NCBI RefSeq assembly: GCF_024700885.2
Contig: NZ_CP117016.1
DNA from: Escherichia coli
GTDB lineage: Bacteria > Pseudomonadota > Gammaproteobacteria > Enterobacterales > Enterobacteriaceae
Direction: 5' to 3' (one strand)
Length of the DNA stretch: 64,000 nucleotides
Each line of letters opens with the position of its first letter. Positions within the stretch are counted from its first letter, which is position 1. The notes under the pieces are model-generated. The model was not told where the DNA came from, ran no database searches, and worked only from the letters and a program-made list of their open reading frames with translations. Of this stretch, positions 33,343 through 44,400 are shown piece after piece. A program made the translations under genes and the position numbers.

Positions 33343-34389
33343 ATGAACAGAACTGACGAACTCCGTACTGCGCGTATTGAGAGCCTGGTAACGCCCGCCG
33401 AACTCGCGCTACGGTATCCCGTAACGCCTGGCGTCGCCACCCATGTCACCGACTCCCGCCGCAGAATTGAAAAAATACTGAATGGTGAAGATAAGCGACT
33501 GTTGGTCATTATTGGCCCCTGCTCGATCCACGATCTCACCGCTGCAATGGAGTACGCCACCCGTCTGCAGTCGCTGCGCAACCAGTACCAGTCACGGCTG
33601 GAAATCGTAATGCGCACCTATTTTGAAAAACCACGAACTGTTGTCGGCTGGAAAGGGCTAATCTCCGATCCGGATTTAAACGGCAGCTATCGGGTAAATC
33701 ACGGTCTGGAGCTGGCGCGCAAATTACTTTTACAGGTAAATGAGCTGGGCGTCCCCACCGCGACTGAGTTCCTCGATATGGTGACCGGTCAGTTTATTGC
33801 TGATTTAATCAGTTGGGGCGCGATTGGCGCACGTACTACCGAAAGTCAGATCCACCGTGAAATGGCTTCGGCACTCTCCTGTCCGGTAGGTTTTAAAAAT
33901 GGTACCGATGGCAACACGCGGATTGCTGTGGATGCTATCCGCGCAGCCCGCGCCAGCCATATGTTCCTCTCGCCAGACAAAAATGGTCAGATGACCATCT
34001 ATCAGACCAGCGGCAACCCGTATGGCCACATTATTATGCGTGGCGGCAAAAAACCGAATTATCATGCCGATGATATCGCCGCAGCCTGCGATACGCTGCA
34101 CGAGTTTGATTTACCTGAACATCTGGTGGTGGATTTCAGCCACGGTAACTGCCAGAAGCAGCACCGTCGCCAGTTAGAAGTTTGTGAGGATATTTGTCAG
34201 CAAATCCGCAATGGCTCTACGGCGATTGCTGGAATTATGGCGGAAAGTTTCCTGCGCGAAGGAACGCAAAAAATCGTCGGCGGTCAGCCGCTCACTTACG
34301 GTCAATCGATTACCGACCCGTGTCTGGGCTGGGAAGATACCGAACGCCTGGTCGAAAAACTCGCCTCTGCGGTTGATACCCGCTTCTGA
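33343..34389 (+). CDS. aroH: DAHP synthase, Trp-sensitive
   Basis: 348-aa class-I DAHP synthase; K-12 synteny. Confidence 0.9.
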   Translation: MNRTDELRTARIESLVTPAELALRYPVTPGVATHVTDSRRRIEKILNGEDKRLLVIIGPCSIHDLTAAMEYATRLQSLRNQYQSRLEIVMRTYFEKPRTVVGWKGLISDPDLNGSYRVNHGLELARKLLLQVNELGVPTATEFLDMVTGQFIADLISWGAIGARTTESQIHREMASALSCPVGFKNGTDGNTRIAVDAIRAARASHMFLSPDKNGQMTIYQTSGNPYGHIIMRGGKKPNYHADDIAAACDTLHEFDLPEHLVVDFSHGNCQKQHRRQLEVCEDICQQIRNGSTAIAGIMAESFLREGTQKIVGGQPLTYGQSITDPCLGWEDTERLVEKLASAVDTRF

Positions 34390-34394
34390 ATGCG

Positions 34395-34424
34395 TGCCCA
34401 TTCCTGACGGAATGGGCATTTCTG
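34395..34424 (+). terminator. terminator hairpin after aroH
   Basis: TGCCCATTCC-TGAC-GGAATGGGCA hairpin followed by a T-rich run. Confidence 0.55.
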
Positions 34425-34519
34425 CGCAACTTGTTGTCTTCTCAACAAATTACTGCTTGCTCTGGCCGCCATAATATTGATAATAAGAATCATTGTTATA
34501 TCAATTATTATTAATTTTT

Positions 34520-34711
34520 ATGCGTTATACGGATAGCAGAAAACTCACGCCTGAAACGGATGCCAATCACAAGACCGCTTCCCCGCAGCCCATCCGGCGA
34601 ATTACCAGCCAGACACTGTTAGGTCCGGATGGCAAACTGATTATCGATCATGACGGGCAAGAATATCTGCTCCGTAAAACTCAGGCTGGCAAGCTGCTGT
34701 TGACCAAGTAG
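34520..34711 (+). CDS. ydiE: HemP/HmuP-like small protein YdiE
   Basis: 63-aa product from [12 protein letters not shown]; K-12 synteny. Confidence 0.7.
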   Translation: MRYTDSRKLTPETDANHKTASPQPIRRITSQTLLGPDGKLIIDHDGQEYLLRKTQAGKLLLTK

Positions 34712-34714
34712 CCT

Positions 34715-36190
<1,476 letters not shown>

Positions 36191-36213
36191 TTAAACACCA
36201 GCAAACAGGAGGG

Positions 36214-36927
36214 TTATCGCTGAACCAACGTCGTTATCTGATTTACAGGAACGGCAGGCCACAGACATCCCTGGAGAGCATGGAAATCAAAGGGGGTAAT
36301 CTGTGCCATTATTTCTGGCGTATCAATGCCCCCCGCGATGATGCAATTGCAACATGGGGAAATTTGCGCCTGGATCGCACGAATAAACGGTTCGAAGGAG
36401 CGATGCGTAATTTGTTGCTGAATAAAACTTTTATCCAGCATGACGCGGGTGAAAAGACCATCAAAAACCGCTTTCATTGTGCTATTGCCTGCGCCCAAAT
36501 TACCTAACACAAGGGGATACATTTGCGATAAGGACAAAAGATCGCGATTATCTTTTCCTTCATCGAGATGCGGGTAATTCTCATTAATCAACAGTTCAAT
36601 AAACGGATATTTTAATAGTTCGCCTGCGTAATTATCCCTGTCTAATAATAATGTAGCCACTTGTGGGGTTAAATTAAGCCAGGCAAAGAGTTTATGTTGA
36701 ATAAAAAAGTGTTGGCATGATTTTAGTAATTCCAACTGCTCTGAAAATAATTGCCAATGTTGCTCCTCGGTAAGTTGCGCTATAACCCGACTCGTCGGGA
36801 TACGAACCGTACCATCTTCACTGGAGAAATGGGTAATTAACTCAACGCCGACAAGGTCTTGCTGGTTATCTCTTATCGGCAGGAAATAGCAATCAGAATG
36901 ATAAAGATTCTCCAAAAAAATCTTCAT
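36214..36927 (-). CDS. ydiV: anti-FlhD4C2 factor YdiV (degenerate EAL domain)
   Basis: 237-aa ORF; K-12 synteny; AT-rich gene as in K-12. Confidence 0.85.
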   Translation of the reverse strand: MKIFLENLYHSDCYFLPIRDNQQDLVGVELITHFSSEDGTVRIPTSRVIAQLTEEQHWQLFSEQLELLKSCQHFFIQHKLFAWLNLTPQVATLLLDRDNYAGELLKYPFIELLINENYPHLDEGKDNRDLLSLSQMYPLVLGNLGAGNSTMKAVFDGLFTRVMLDKSFIQQQITHRSFEPFIRAIQAQISPCCNCIIAGGIDTPEIMAQITPFDFHALQGCLWPAVPVNQITTLVQR

Positions 36928-37173
36928 GGTAACCGTCCCTCTCGAAGGATGTTTTTCAGTATCCGGCTAAAAGGGATGAGGCCATAAGACATAACAATTA
37001 CAGAAGGAGTAACTTTCATTTGTTCCATGTTAACCACTTTTTCAGGGGTCCTTTTATTAGATTATCCTGATTATAAACGAATAATCCATTTACGGAATTT
37101 TTGTCTGTAAAATACTACTGTATTCAGGAGTAAATGGACGGAGATGTATCATCGCCGTCAATTTTTCGACATA

Positions 37174-37638
37174 CTAGATTCGTCTCGCCTGCCAGAAATT
37201 TTTCTGCCAATAGACATTATCAAGTGAGGAACGCATCACTCCCTTGCTGGTAGAGGCGTGGATAAATTGGTTGTTGGTATCGTAAATACCTACATGCAAA
37301 CCATTTTGTCCGGAGCCCGTTTTGAAAAAGACCAGGTCACCAGGCAGCAACTCGTCTTTATCAATTTGCGTGCCGATAGAGGCTTGTTGTTTGGTTTCAC
37401 GGGGCAGCTGCAAATCGAAACGATCGCGCATCGTCACAACCACAAACCCCGAACAGTCCACACCGCGCCGCGTCATGCCACCATAACGATACGGCGTGCC
37501 ATGCCAGCTCTGTAGCTGGTCGTTCAAACCGGCAATAACGGTAATCGAATCAGAAAGTCTGGCATTTGGCGGCGGTGCTTTATGGTGGCTACACCCGGCC
37601 AGAAACAGTGCTGTGATCAAAATAAGGCAGAAACGCAT
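37174..37638 (-). CDS. nlpC: NlpC/P60-family lipoprotein
   Basis: 154-aa ORF with lipobox LAGC and NlpC/P60 Cys...His catalytic region (DCSGFV...H). Confidence 0.88.
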   Translation of the reverse strand: MRFCLILITALFLAGCSHHKAPPPNARLSDSITVIAGLNDQLQSWHGTPYRYGGMTRRGVDCSGFVVVTMRDRFDLQLPRETKQQASIGTQIDKDELLPGDLVFFKTGSGQNGLHVGIYDTNNQFIHASTSKGVMRSSLDNVYWQKNFWQARRI

Positions 37639-37715
37639 TCCGTACGGTTCCTCTGTTTTTTATTCTTGCATTAATTTAGCGTCGTAATTACCCGATTTTC
37701 AAGATACTAATGAAA

Positions 37716-38465
37716 TCAGATGGTCGAAATCAGCATTCTGTGACCTTCGATATCCAGACGGCGAAAATTCATCCCATAGGCCTGCGCCAGATTTGGCGGC
37801 GTGAGCACCTCTTCCCTGCGTCCACTGGCCAGCATTTTTCCACCTTTTAGCAACCACGCCCGATGCGCATGACGCAATGTATGGTTGAGATCGTGACTGC
37901 TCATCACAATCGCCAGTCCTTGCTGACACAGCGCGCTCAGAATTTTGTCTAATGCACTTTGTTGCGCAACATCAAGACTGTTCATCGGCTCATCAAGAAG
38001 CAGCAATTGGCCTGCGGGATTGGCTTGTGGTGTGATTTGCAGCACCACCGCAGCAAGACGTACGCGTTGCCATTCGCCGCCGGAAAGTTGATTGGTGCTA
38101 CGTCCGAGTTTGTCATCAAGAGCCAGCGCCCCTGCGACATCATTCAGTAGTTCGGTACGCGTTTTATCGTGCTGATGCAGTGTCAGGTAGTGCCAGACCA
38201 GCATTGCAAACGGCGGCGTCTGCTGTTGTGAAAGATAGGCGCGATGCAGCGCGAGTTTTGTTGCGGACCATGCTTCCAGTGGTTGCCCCGCGAACTGAAT
38301 GCTTCCCTTACCGCTGGTCATTCCGGCCATTCGCGCCAGTAAGGTACTCTTACCCGCGCCATTCGGCCCCACCAGATGCAGGATCTCCCCAGCCCGAACC
38401 TCGCCAGAAAGCGGCCCAAGGCGGGTAGATTCCGCAACATCCTGTAACTGCATCACAATAGACAT
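37716..38465 (-). CDS. btuD: vitamin B12 ABC transporter ATP-binding protein
   Basis: 249-aa ORF with Walker [10 protein letters not shown] and signature LSGGEWQR. Confidence 0.9.
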   Translation of the reverse strand: MSIVMQLQDVAESTRLGPLSGEVRAGEILHLVGPNGAGKSTLLARMAGMTSGKGSIQFAGQPLEAWSATKLALHRAYLSQQQTPPFAMLVWHYLTLHQHDKTRTELLNDVAGALALDDKLGRSTNQLSGGEWQRVRLAAVVLQITPQANPAGQLLLLDEPMNSLDVAQQSALDKILSALCQQGLAIVMSSHDLNHTLRHAHRAWLLKGGKMLASGRREEVLTPPNLAQAYGMNFRRLDIEGHRMLISTI

Positions 38466-39016
38466 TATTTCGCCAACGCCAGTTTAATGCTTTCCATCAC
38501 AATGGGATCTTCCGGCGTCATATCCGGGGAAAAACGCTGGATGACCAATCCGTCCCTGCCAACTAAAAATTTCTCAAAATTCCATAAAATATCATCAGGG
38601 TACAGCGGTGCACGACCTTTGCTGACCATACGGGCATAGAATCCGCTCTCTTCCGGCGCGACTGCGGTCGGCGCTGCGGCAATCAATTTTTGATACAGCG
38701 GATGGCGTCCTTCGCCATTAACTTCAATCTTACTGAACATCGGGAACGTCACCCCCCATGTAGTGGTGCAGTAAGTTTTAATCTCTTCATCGCTGCCCGG
38801 TTCTTGCTCCAGAAACTGGTTGCACGGGAATCCCAGCACCACAAAACCTCGATCGGCCCAGGCTTTCTGAATATTCTCCAACTGCTCATATTGCGGCGTT
38901 AAGCCACACTTTGAGGCGACATTGACAATCAACAGCACATTACCGGCGTACTTCTCCAGCGTGGTCACTTCACCGTCGATATCTTTCACTACGGTCGTCA
39001 GAATGGAATCTTGCAT
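38465..39016 (-). CDS. btuE: glutathione peroxidase-family protein
   Basis: 183-aa ORF; GPx-family motifs; overlaps btuD by 1 nt. Confidence 0.9.
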   Translation of the reverse strand: MQDSILTTVVKDIDGEVTTLEKYAGNVLLIVNVASKCGLTPQYEQLENIQKAWADRGFVVLGFPCNQFLEQEPGSDEEIKTYCTTTWGVTFPMFSKIEVNGEGRHPLYQKLIAAAPTAVAPEESGFYARMVSKGRAPLYPDDILWNFEKFLVGRDGLVIQRFSPDMTPEDPIVMESIKLALAK

Positions 39017-39078
39017 CGTTTCTCCTGGGTGTGGTCAGTAAAAATCTTAGCTTTTAATCATAGACCGTCTTTTTGCGG

Positions 39079-40059
39079 CTAACGTCCTGCTTTTAACAAT
39101 AACCAGATAAACACCGGCGCACCCAACGTTGCGGTGACCACGCCAATAGGCAGCTCTGCGGCAGCTAATGCCAGGCGCGCTACAACATCAGCCAGCAGCA
39201 ATGCGCTCGCCCCTGCCAGCGCGCAGCCGGGAAGTAATACGCGATGATCGGTTAAACCACATAACCGGAGAATATGGGGGATCACCAGACCAATAAAGCC
39301 GATAGCACCCGCCAGCGCCACACTGACGCCAACCATCCAGCCGGTCGCTGCCACCAGCACATTGCGCCAGAACCACAGGGGTAAACCCAGTTGCCGCGCC
39401 GAGATCTCGCCAAGTGCTAACATATTCATCGATCTGGACTGACAACAGATCCACAACAACACGGGGATCAATGCCAGCATCAGCCAGCTTTGCCGCCAGT
39501 CTACGCCGCCAAAACCGCCCATCATCCAGTACATCAGCTGACGTAAATCAACAGAGGTGGAAAAGTAGATAGCCCACGTCATTAGTGCGCTACAGATAAT
39601 CCCTAATGCAACGCCAGCCAGCAATAACCGACTGGTCGAAAGATGACGACGGGCGAAACGTAAGAGTATTAAAGTGATGATAAGCGCGCCAGCAATCGCA
39701 CACAGCCCCAGCGCCCAGTTGGGGAGTTGCCCTTGCCCAAGCAATACCGCGGCGATAAGCCCCACGCCTGCGCCATTAGAGACGCCAAGTAGTCCAGGTT
39801 CTGCCAGAGGATTTTCAAATAACGCCTGCATTACAGCGCCGGATATAGCCAACGCCGCACCAACCAGCAATACAGCCAGCGTACGTGGCAGGCGAATTTG
39901 CCAGACGAACAGTTCGCCACGAGGAGTAAACCAGTCACCTGGCGAGATCCATTGTTCACCGGCGCAAAGGCTTAAGAGAAGCGCCAGCAGCATCAAAACT
40001 GACAGACATAATAACCAGCGAATATTTTGTCGCTGTTGTTGGCGGGCAAGTGTCAGCAT
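39079..40059 (-). CDS. btuC: vitamin B12 ABC transporter permease
   Basis: 326-aa multi-TM ORF, FecCD-family permease. Confidence 0.9.
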   Translation of the reverse strand: MLTLARQQQRQNIRWLLCLSVLMLLALLLSLCAGEQWISPGDWFTPRGELFVWQIRLPRTLAVLLVGAALAISGAVMQALFENPLAEPGLLGVSNGAGVGLIAAVLLGQGQLPNWALGLCAIAGALIITLILLRFARRHLSTSRLLLAGVALGIICSALMTWAIYFSTSVDLRQLMYWMMGGFGGVDWRQSWLMLALIPVLLWICCQSRSMNMLALGEISARQLGLPLWFWRNVLVAATGWMVGVSVALAGAIGFIGLVIPHILRLCGLTDHRVLLPGCALAGASALLLADVVARLALAAAELPIGVVTATLGAPVFIWLLLKAGR

Positions 40060-40116
40060 GGTATCCGTTCTGCTGAAGTGTCATGGCGTTGATTTTACGG
40101 TGACTCTTCGACAGTG

Positions 40117-40142
40117 AAAAGAAAAAAGGCCGCAGAGCGGCC
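40117..40142 (-). terminator. rho-independent terminator on minus strand, upstream of btuC
   Basis: Minus strand reads GGCCGC-TCT-GCGGCC then a T6CT4 run. It would stop leftward transcription from the prophage int operon, or is the relic ihfA terminator. Confidence 0.55.
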
Positions 40143-40267
40143 ATAAACACAAGTAAAAATCAATAAGTTAGATAATTATCAAAGACTTACAGACACACAA
40201 AAACACAGCCAACCACAACAAATAACAGGGATGTGGTCACTTTGTGGATCATATCGCCGCCATAAAT

Positions 40268-40708
40268 TTACTTAATAACAGTAACCACAGCCACAAGCAC
40301 GGCCATCGCAGACAGGACAATACCTGTGAGTAACCAAGTCTGATTTGCAAATGATTTCTGAAGTTCAGTACGATGCTCAGCCATCTCAACTTTCAGAGAC
40401 TGGCGTAAATCAGCCATCTCAGACTTCAGGGATTGGCGAGATTCTGCCATCTCAAGCCTCAACCCTTCGCGAATCTCCAGTACATCAGATTTGGTAGCAA
40501 AGGATTCGCTTCTTGTGGTGAGAGTAATCAGGTTGTTTTTGATTTCAGTCACATCACTTTCCAGGCAACTGACCCGCCGTTCAAGGTCGTCATTCATGCC
40601 ATCACCTCCATCATTACCACTTCCTGTTACTTGGTTGTTGGATACATTATAGGCATTCTCTTTCTTTTTTCTGAACCGCGAAATATGTGCAACATTCTCT
40701 GCCATCAC
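40268..40708 (-). CDS. hypothetical tail-anchored coiled-coil membrane protein (prophage cargo)
   Basis: 146 aa; three 11-residue repeats (EMAESRQSLKS / EMADLRQSLKV / EMAEHRTELQK) and a single C-terminal TM helix (WLLTGIVLSAMAVLVAVVTVIK); start overlaps the stop of the upstream gene (ATGA). No family recognised. Confidence 0.55.
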   Translation of the reverse strand: MMAENVAHISRFRKKKENAYNVSNNQVTGSGNDGGDGMNDDLERRVSCLESDVTEIKNNLITLTTRSESFATKSDVLEIREGLRLEMAESRQSLKSEMADLRQSLKVEMAEHRTELQKSFANQTWLLTGIVLSAMAVLVAVVTVIK

Positions 40709-41067
40709 TTCTCATCACCCTGCTTGCCTACCCAGTTCATAAAGGCCCGGGCCGAGTAACGATGAACAAACCCACATCTGTTACAGGTAAGTCGGAATTC
40801 ATAGTTATGGATATTTTCCCGATCATGTCCCTCATATCCCGGATACCCAGTAAATGGACCGATGTAATCAAGCATAACAAAAGTGCCTAAATCACACTCC
40901 TCAGCAGTTTTCGGCTCAGGCCCCACCTCAACAATATTCGTCAAATACATGTACATATCCGTATCGCCACACGACAAACATTTTTCATTCGTAGACGACT
41001 CATTGAGAAAACGCGCAAAATTATCGAGCGTTGCCATTCTTTTAAGCTCATCTAAATGAAACTTCAC
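40705..41067 (-). CDS. hypothetical Cys-motif protein (possible zinc ribbon), prophage cargo
   Basis: 120 aa with CLSC and CNRC pairs; begins 3 nt after the integrase stop. No family recognised. Confidence 0.55.
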   Translation of the reverse strand: MKFHLDELKRMATLDNFARFLNESSTNEKCLSCGDTDMYMYLTNIVEVGPEPKTAEECDLGTFVMLDYIGPFTGYPGYEGHDRENIHNYEFRLTCNRCGFVHRYSARAFMNWVGKQGDEK

Positions 41068-41069
41068 TC

Positions 41070-42047
41070 TTAAGCACCTCCTAGTGGATTAAACCTCACC
41101 GCATCCTGCAGGTAATCCGGCGCAAGATGGGCATAAATCATCGTTGTCTGAATCTTTGCGTGCCCCAGAATTTTCTGGAGCGTGAGAATATTGCCACCGT
41201 TCATCATGAAATGACTGGCGAAGGTGTGGCGCAGCGCATGAACAGCCTGGCCGTCAGGAACATCAGGTGCGACCGTTTTGATGACATCGCGAACCAATGA
41301 ATAATCCAGCGTCGGAAACACCAGTTTCCCGCCCCGTTTTTTGATCTTTTCAAACAGGCTTTCAGAAATAGGAACGGTACGGTTTTTGCTGTTCTTCGTT
41401 TTTGAAAAAGTGATTCGACAATGAAGAACACGGCGCTGCTCCAGTACCGCTACCTCGCCCCATCGCGCCCCGGTCGACAGAAGGATTTCGACAGCCAGCC
41501 GTTCATCGGGATTTTCAGCCAGTGCATCCAGCAACTGAACACATTCAGACTTACTCAGATATCCCATTTCGCGCTCGTTAACCTTCATTCCTTTAAGGCC
41601 TTGAACGGGGTTATCGTTAAGAAAATGGCCGGATGAGATGAGTGCGGTAAACATCGCGCTTAACGCCCCAATCTCTCGATTTATGGTGCTGGGCTGTATC
41701 CCCTGCTCTATCCTGGACACACGTAGCTCGGTGAGCATCGTTGTATTAAGTCTATGCACGCACGGGTCATCCATTGCCTCACTCAAGCGCAGCAATTTAA
41801 GGCGCGTGTTATGCCCTGACTTCATTAGCTGGCCGTGGTATTTCCACCACAAGTCAATAAGCACTGACAGAGGACGGCGATCAATAGAGTTTCCTTTCCA
41901 CTCATTGTTATGCTGTTGCGCCAGCACCCACCGCTCATATAAAACTGCATCCGATTTCGTTTTAAATTTTTTGCGAATGCGTTTGCCTTTACGCCCCTCA
42001 GGGCGCATGTCAAGAAGATACCCTCCCGGAATTGATTTTATGCTCAT
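41070..42047 (-). CDS. int: P2-type tyrosine integrase
   Basis: From MSIKSIPGGY, about 45-50% identical by eye to recalled P2 Int (RPTGRNGKRIRRKF..., LSTGARWGEA, HALRH.F, LGH...TM.YAH). ORF-track start trimmed by 50 codons. Confidence 0.85.
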   Translation of the reverse strand: MSIKSIPGGYLLDMRPEGRKGKRIRKKFKTKSDAVLYERWVLAQQHNNEWKGNSIDRRPLSVLIDLWWKYHGQLMKSGHNTRLKLLRLSEAMDDPCVHRLNTTMLTELRVSRIEQGIQPSTINREIGALSAMFTALISSGHFLNDNPVQGLKGMKVNEREMGYLSKSECVQLLDALAENPDERLAVEILLSTGARWGEVAVLEQRRVLHCRITFSKTKNSKNRTVPISESLFEKIKKRGGKLVFPTLDYSLVRDVIKTVAPDVPDGQAVHALRHTFASHFMMNGGNILTLQKILGHAKIQTTMIYAHLAPDYLQDAVRFNPLGGA

Positions 42048-42096
42048 TCGTGAAACCCCAGCGTTACAAGACCACCATGCCCCCAGCGTTCCATGA

Positions 42097-42405
42097 TTAG
42101 CCGGGCTGTGTACCAGTCTTGCGGGGCTTTTGAGAAGACGATGTGTTTTCTGGCCCATCAGGGGAGAGAGAGGGACTGATCTGCCCAGCAGCCTCATTCG
42201 TTTTTCCTGTCATAAGCCAATTCATGTACTTAAAAAAGCGAGGGTGATTAACAATCTTGATAAGCACTTCGCCCCCTATGTTTTCAATCCGCCCCGTTTC
42301 ATAACGACGCAAAGTGCCGATAGGCACATCAATCAGGCCGCAAAATTCTTCGCGCGTTAAATCCTCTGATTCACGAATCACTCTAATTTTTTCACCGATA
42401 AGCAT
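42097..42405 (-). CDS. P2 C-type immunity repressor
   Basis: 102 aa from MLIGEKIRVIRESEDLTREEF; resembles recalled P2 C (…SEKIVLMRKSEYLSRQQL…QTPQFTKYTLWFMT…) in sequence and position upstream of int. Confidence 0.75.
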   Translation of the reverse strand: MLIGEKIRVIRESEDLTREEFCGLIDVPIGTLRRYETGRIENIGGEVLIKIVNHPRFFKYMNWLMTGKTNEAAGQISPSLSPDGPENTSSSQKPRKTGTQPG

Positions 42406-42444
42406 TGACAGTGTTCCTATAAGTACACTAAGCTTGCGCACAAG

Positions 42445-42462
42445 GTGTACTTATAAGTACAC
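42445..42462. promoter_or_regulatory. operator-like perfect palindrome GTGTACTTATAAGTACAC in the C/cox switch region
   Basis: 18-bp perfect palindrome between divergent repressor and early operon; TATAAGTACAC recurs as a direct repeat at 42418-42428. Confidence 0.55.
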
Positions 42463-42501
42463 CAAGTCACAAACAACCACAGATAGCGCAGGTTATCACA
42501 C

Positions 42502-42780
42502 ATGGCAAAAGTCCTGAACACACACGAACAGGCAGACTTTGAGCGTTTAGCAGCGTTCTATCCCTACCGCGATGAGCATGGGTTACCAGTACTTGAAGAA
42601 AGCCTGAAAGATTACGCAAAGCGTACCAACCAAGCTGTTAACACAGTGAAAAGACAGGCTGACAGAGGTTCAATTCCCATCAACCAAGATGAAAAGAACT
42701 CAAGACGCACAGTAAATCTTTTCGCTCTTTTCCTGAAAACAATCAGGAGCGCAGAGAAATACGTGCAGATGACAAAATAA
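42502..42780 (+). CDS. first early-operon gene (Cox/Apl position; putative excisionase/regulator)
   Basis: 92 aa in the position of P2 cox; sequence similarity to P2 Cox not evident, so function is by position only. Confidence 0.45.
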   Translation: MAKVLNTHEQADFERLAAFYPYRDEHGLPVLEESLKDYAKRTNQAVNTVKRQADRGSIPINQDEKNSRRTVNLFALFLKTIRSAEKYVQMTK

Positions 42781-42794
42781 CGAGGTGTCATTTT

Positions 42795-43133
42795 ATGCTG
42801 AAGCAACGCCGTAATTTTCGTACCGGAACAGAACGCCACGCTAACCATTTCGCTACCAACGCATCACGCAGCAACATCCGCTACAGCCTGAGCGAGACGC
42901 ACGCAACACCTGATGGCCACACAGTAAAACAAATTGGCGAACACACCTGGCTAATTGAAAAAGCTGGAATCGTGGTTCACAGATGCCCACGCAATCCGTT
43001 TACCGGAAACCGCATTTTTGCACTAAGCAGCGGCGACAATCAGTTCGGACAGGATTTCACATTGTACGAAGCACTTCGCACGGTTGATCGTCTGCTTCGC
43101 GGGCAAAGTTTTATTAAACAGACTGATTTATAA
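42795..43133 (+). CDS. hypothetical phage early protein
   Basis: 112-aa ORF in the early operon. Confidence 0.5.
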   Translation: MLKQRRNFRTGTERHANHFATNASRSNIRYSLSETHATPDGHTVKQIGEHTWLIEKAGIVVHRCPRNPFTGNRIFALSSGDNQFGQDFTLYEALRTVDRLLRGQSFIKQTDL

Positions 43134-43143
43134 CAGGTGCGTT

Positions 43144-43422
43144 ATGACCAAAGAGCATGCACAAGGTGTATTTATCCGTTTTATTGATTTTCGCGGTGAA
43201 CTGTTATTGCGCGCATCAGCTATTGATGGAGTTGTCCCATCAGAAAAAAATGCAGCTACTTACGTTTATCTGAACGGCACGCGCCTGACCGTAGAACTTC
43301 CGTACCAGACTGTACACGGAATCATTAGCGAAGCTGAAAAAGCGCGCCAGGCTAATGGCAATGAACCCTATATCGAAATTATTTGCATGGATTCAGAAGC
43401 TGAAATCCAGAAAGCAGATTAA
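43144..43422 (+). CDS. hypothetical phage early protein
   Basis: 92-aa ORF from MTKEHAQGVF, tightly spaced in the operon. Confidence 0.5.
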   Translation: MTKEHAQGVFIRFIDFRGELLLRASAIDGVVPSEKNAATYVYLNGTRLTVELPYQTVHGIISEAEKARQANGNEPYIEIICMDSEAEIQKAD

Positions 43423-43433
43423 AGGGTGTTGCA

Positions 43434-43676
43434 ATGGACAAAGAATATAAAACACTCATCAACAAAGCACTTGAGCGTTTTTATTTTCGCTTAAGTGCAT
43501 CAGGCGCTCATGCTGAACGTGCAGCCCGTGACTCATTGACTAGGGCAATCCGGAGTCTGTATGACGTGGCTTTTTACGCTGATGATCTGGATGCACTTAA
43601 CGAACTTTCCGAGCTGATCTGTGCCGCAGAATGCGGGGAGCATATTGAACCGTATAAGCTGGGGAATATTGCATGA
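43434..43676 (+). CDS. hypothetical phage early protein
   Basis: 80-aa ORF. Confidence 0.5.
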   Translation: MDKEYKTLINKALERFYFRLSASGAHAERAARDSLTRAIRSLYDVAFYADDLDALNELSELICAAECGEHIEPYKLGNIA

Positions 43677-43786
43677 GTATATTTATCTCATGGCTTGTCC
43701 TGATTATTTCGGTGGTCTGCGCCATTGGGATTATGCAAATTATTCATTCAGTAAAAAAGATTGAACGCATTTTCACTGGCGAATAA
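43673..43786 (+). CDS. small hydrophobic peptide (37 aa), translationally coupled
   Basis: MSIFISWLVLIISVVCAIGIMQIIHSVKKIERIFTGE; ATGA overlap with the upstream stop; single TM helix. Below the ORF-track size cut-off. Confidence 0.35.
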   Translation: MSIFISWLVLIISVVCAIGIMQIIHSVKKIERIFTGE

Positions 43787-43873
43787 CAGCGCAAATAAAA
43801 ACCCTAGGTTAAATAAGAAAATGTAAAAACAATCCGCATTCGCGGAGGTATTCGCACACGCCCAGGAGGCGTA

Positions 43874-44077
43874 ATGGCAATTAAGCATTTTCCTGTCGTT
43901 CGTTTCACTTCCAGAGGACGTGAATACGAAGTCGACGAACGCCTGATTACCACAATCGACAAACACCGCTCAGAAAAGGATGCACACCACATCTATCTCA
44001 CTGACGGTACTTACTTCTGCGCCACTAATGTGGCGCGGGTGAATCTTATCCGACAGGTACAGGATCCACGCAAATGA
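43874..44077 (+). CDS. hypothetical phage early protein
   Basis: 67-aa ORF. Confidence 0.45.
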   Translation: MAIKHFPVVRFTSRGREYEVDERLITTIDKHRSEKDAHHIYLTDGTYFCATNVARVNLIRQVQDPRK

Positions 44078-44292
44078 GCAGGAGAAGAATCACTCGCAGA
44101 CATCACCGCACACACCTGAATTCCTCAGCAACGCTAAAGGCACTTATTCAAAGCGAGATCGGTGATTTCTTCGCGGGAGTTGGCTCACCAGGTGAACCAG
44201 AAACACCAGAAGCGATGCAGCGTGAGCTCATGATACGCATAGATAACACTTTTGATTTCTTCTACAGCATGCACGGAATTAAACAGAAATGA
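44074..44292 (+). CDS. hypothetical phage early protein
   Basis: 72-aa ORF overlapping the previous stop by 4 nt. Confidence 0.45.
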   Translation: MSRRRITRRHHRTHLNSSATLKALIQSEIGDFFAGVGSPGEPETPEAMQRELMIRIDNTFDFFYSMHGIKQK

Positions 44293-44400
44293 ACCTCAAG
44301 CCAGCAATAACTATTCGTAGAACGCCAATTTCTGTAACCGACCGCTTCTGAGTTTTTTGGCAGGAAGCCTTCGCACATCCTTAGTAGAGAGAATTGCAGC

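Noticed and set aside
33204-33617. 137-aa minus-strand ORF overlapping the aroH start region
   Set aside because: It overlaps the aroH 5' end and its leader, has no conserved domain, and K-12 has no such gene.
40060-40267. Search for ihfA or a tRNA as integration target in the btuC-proximal junction
   Set aside because: No ORF resembling IhfA and no tRNA-like cloverleaf sequence was recognisable; the reverse complement of the expected ihfA 3' codons was not found, so no ihfA feature is reported.
41070-42197. Long ORF-track version of the integrase (375 aa) and of the repressor (114 aa from a GTG)
   Set aside because: The N-terminal extensions have no counterpart in the recalled P2 Int and C proteins; internal ATG starts at 42047 and 42405 give proteins collinear with the P2 homologues.
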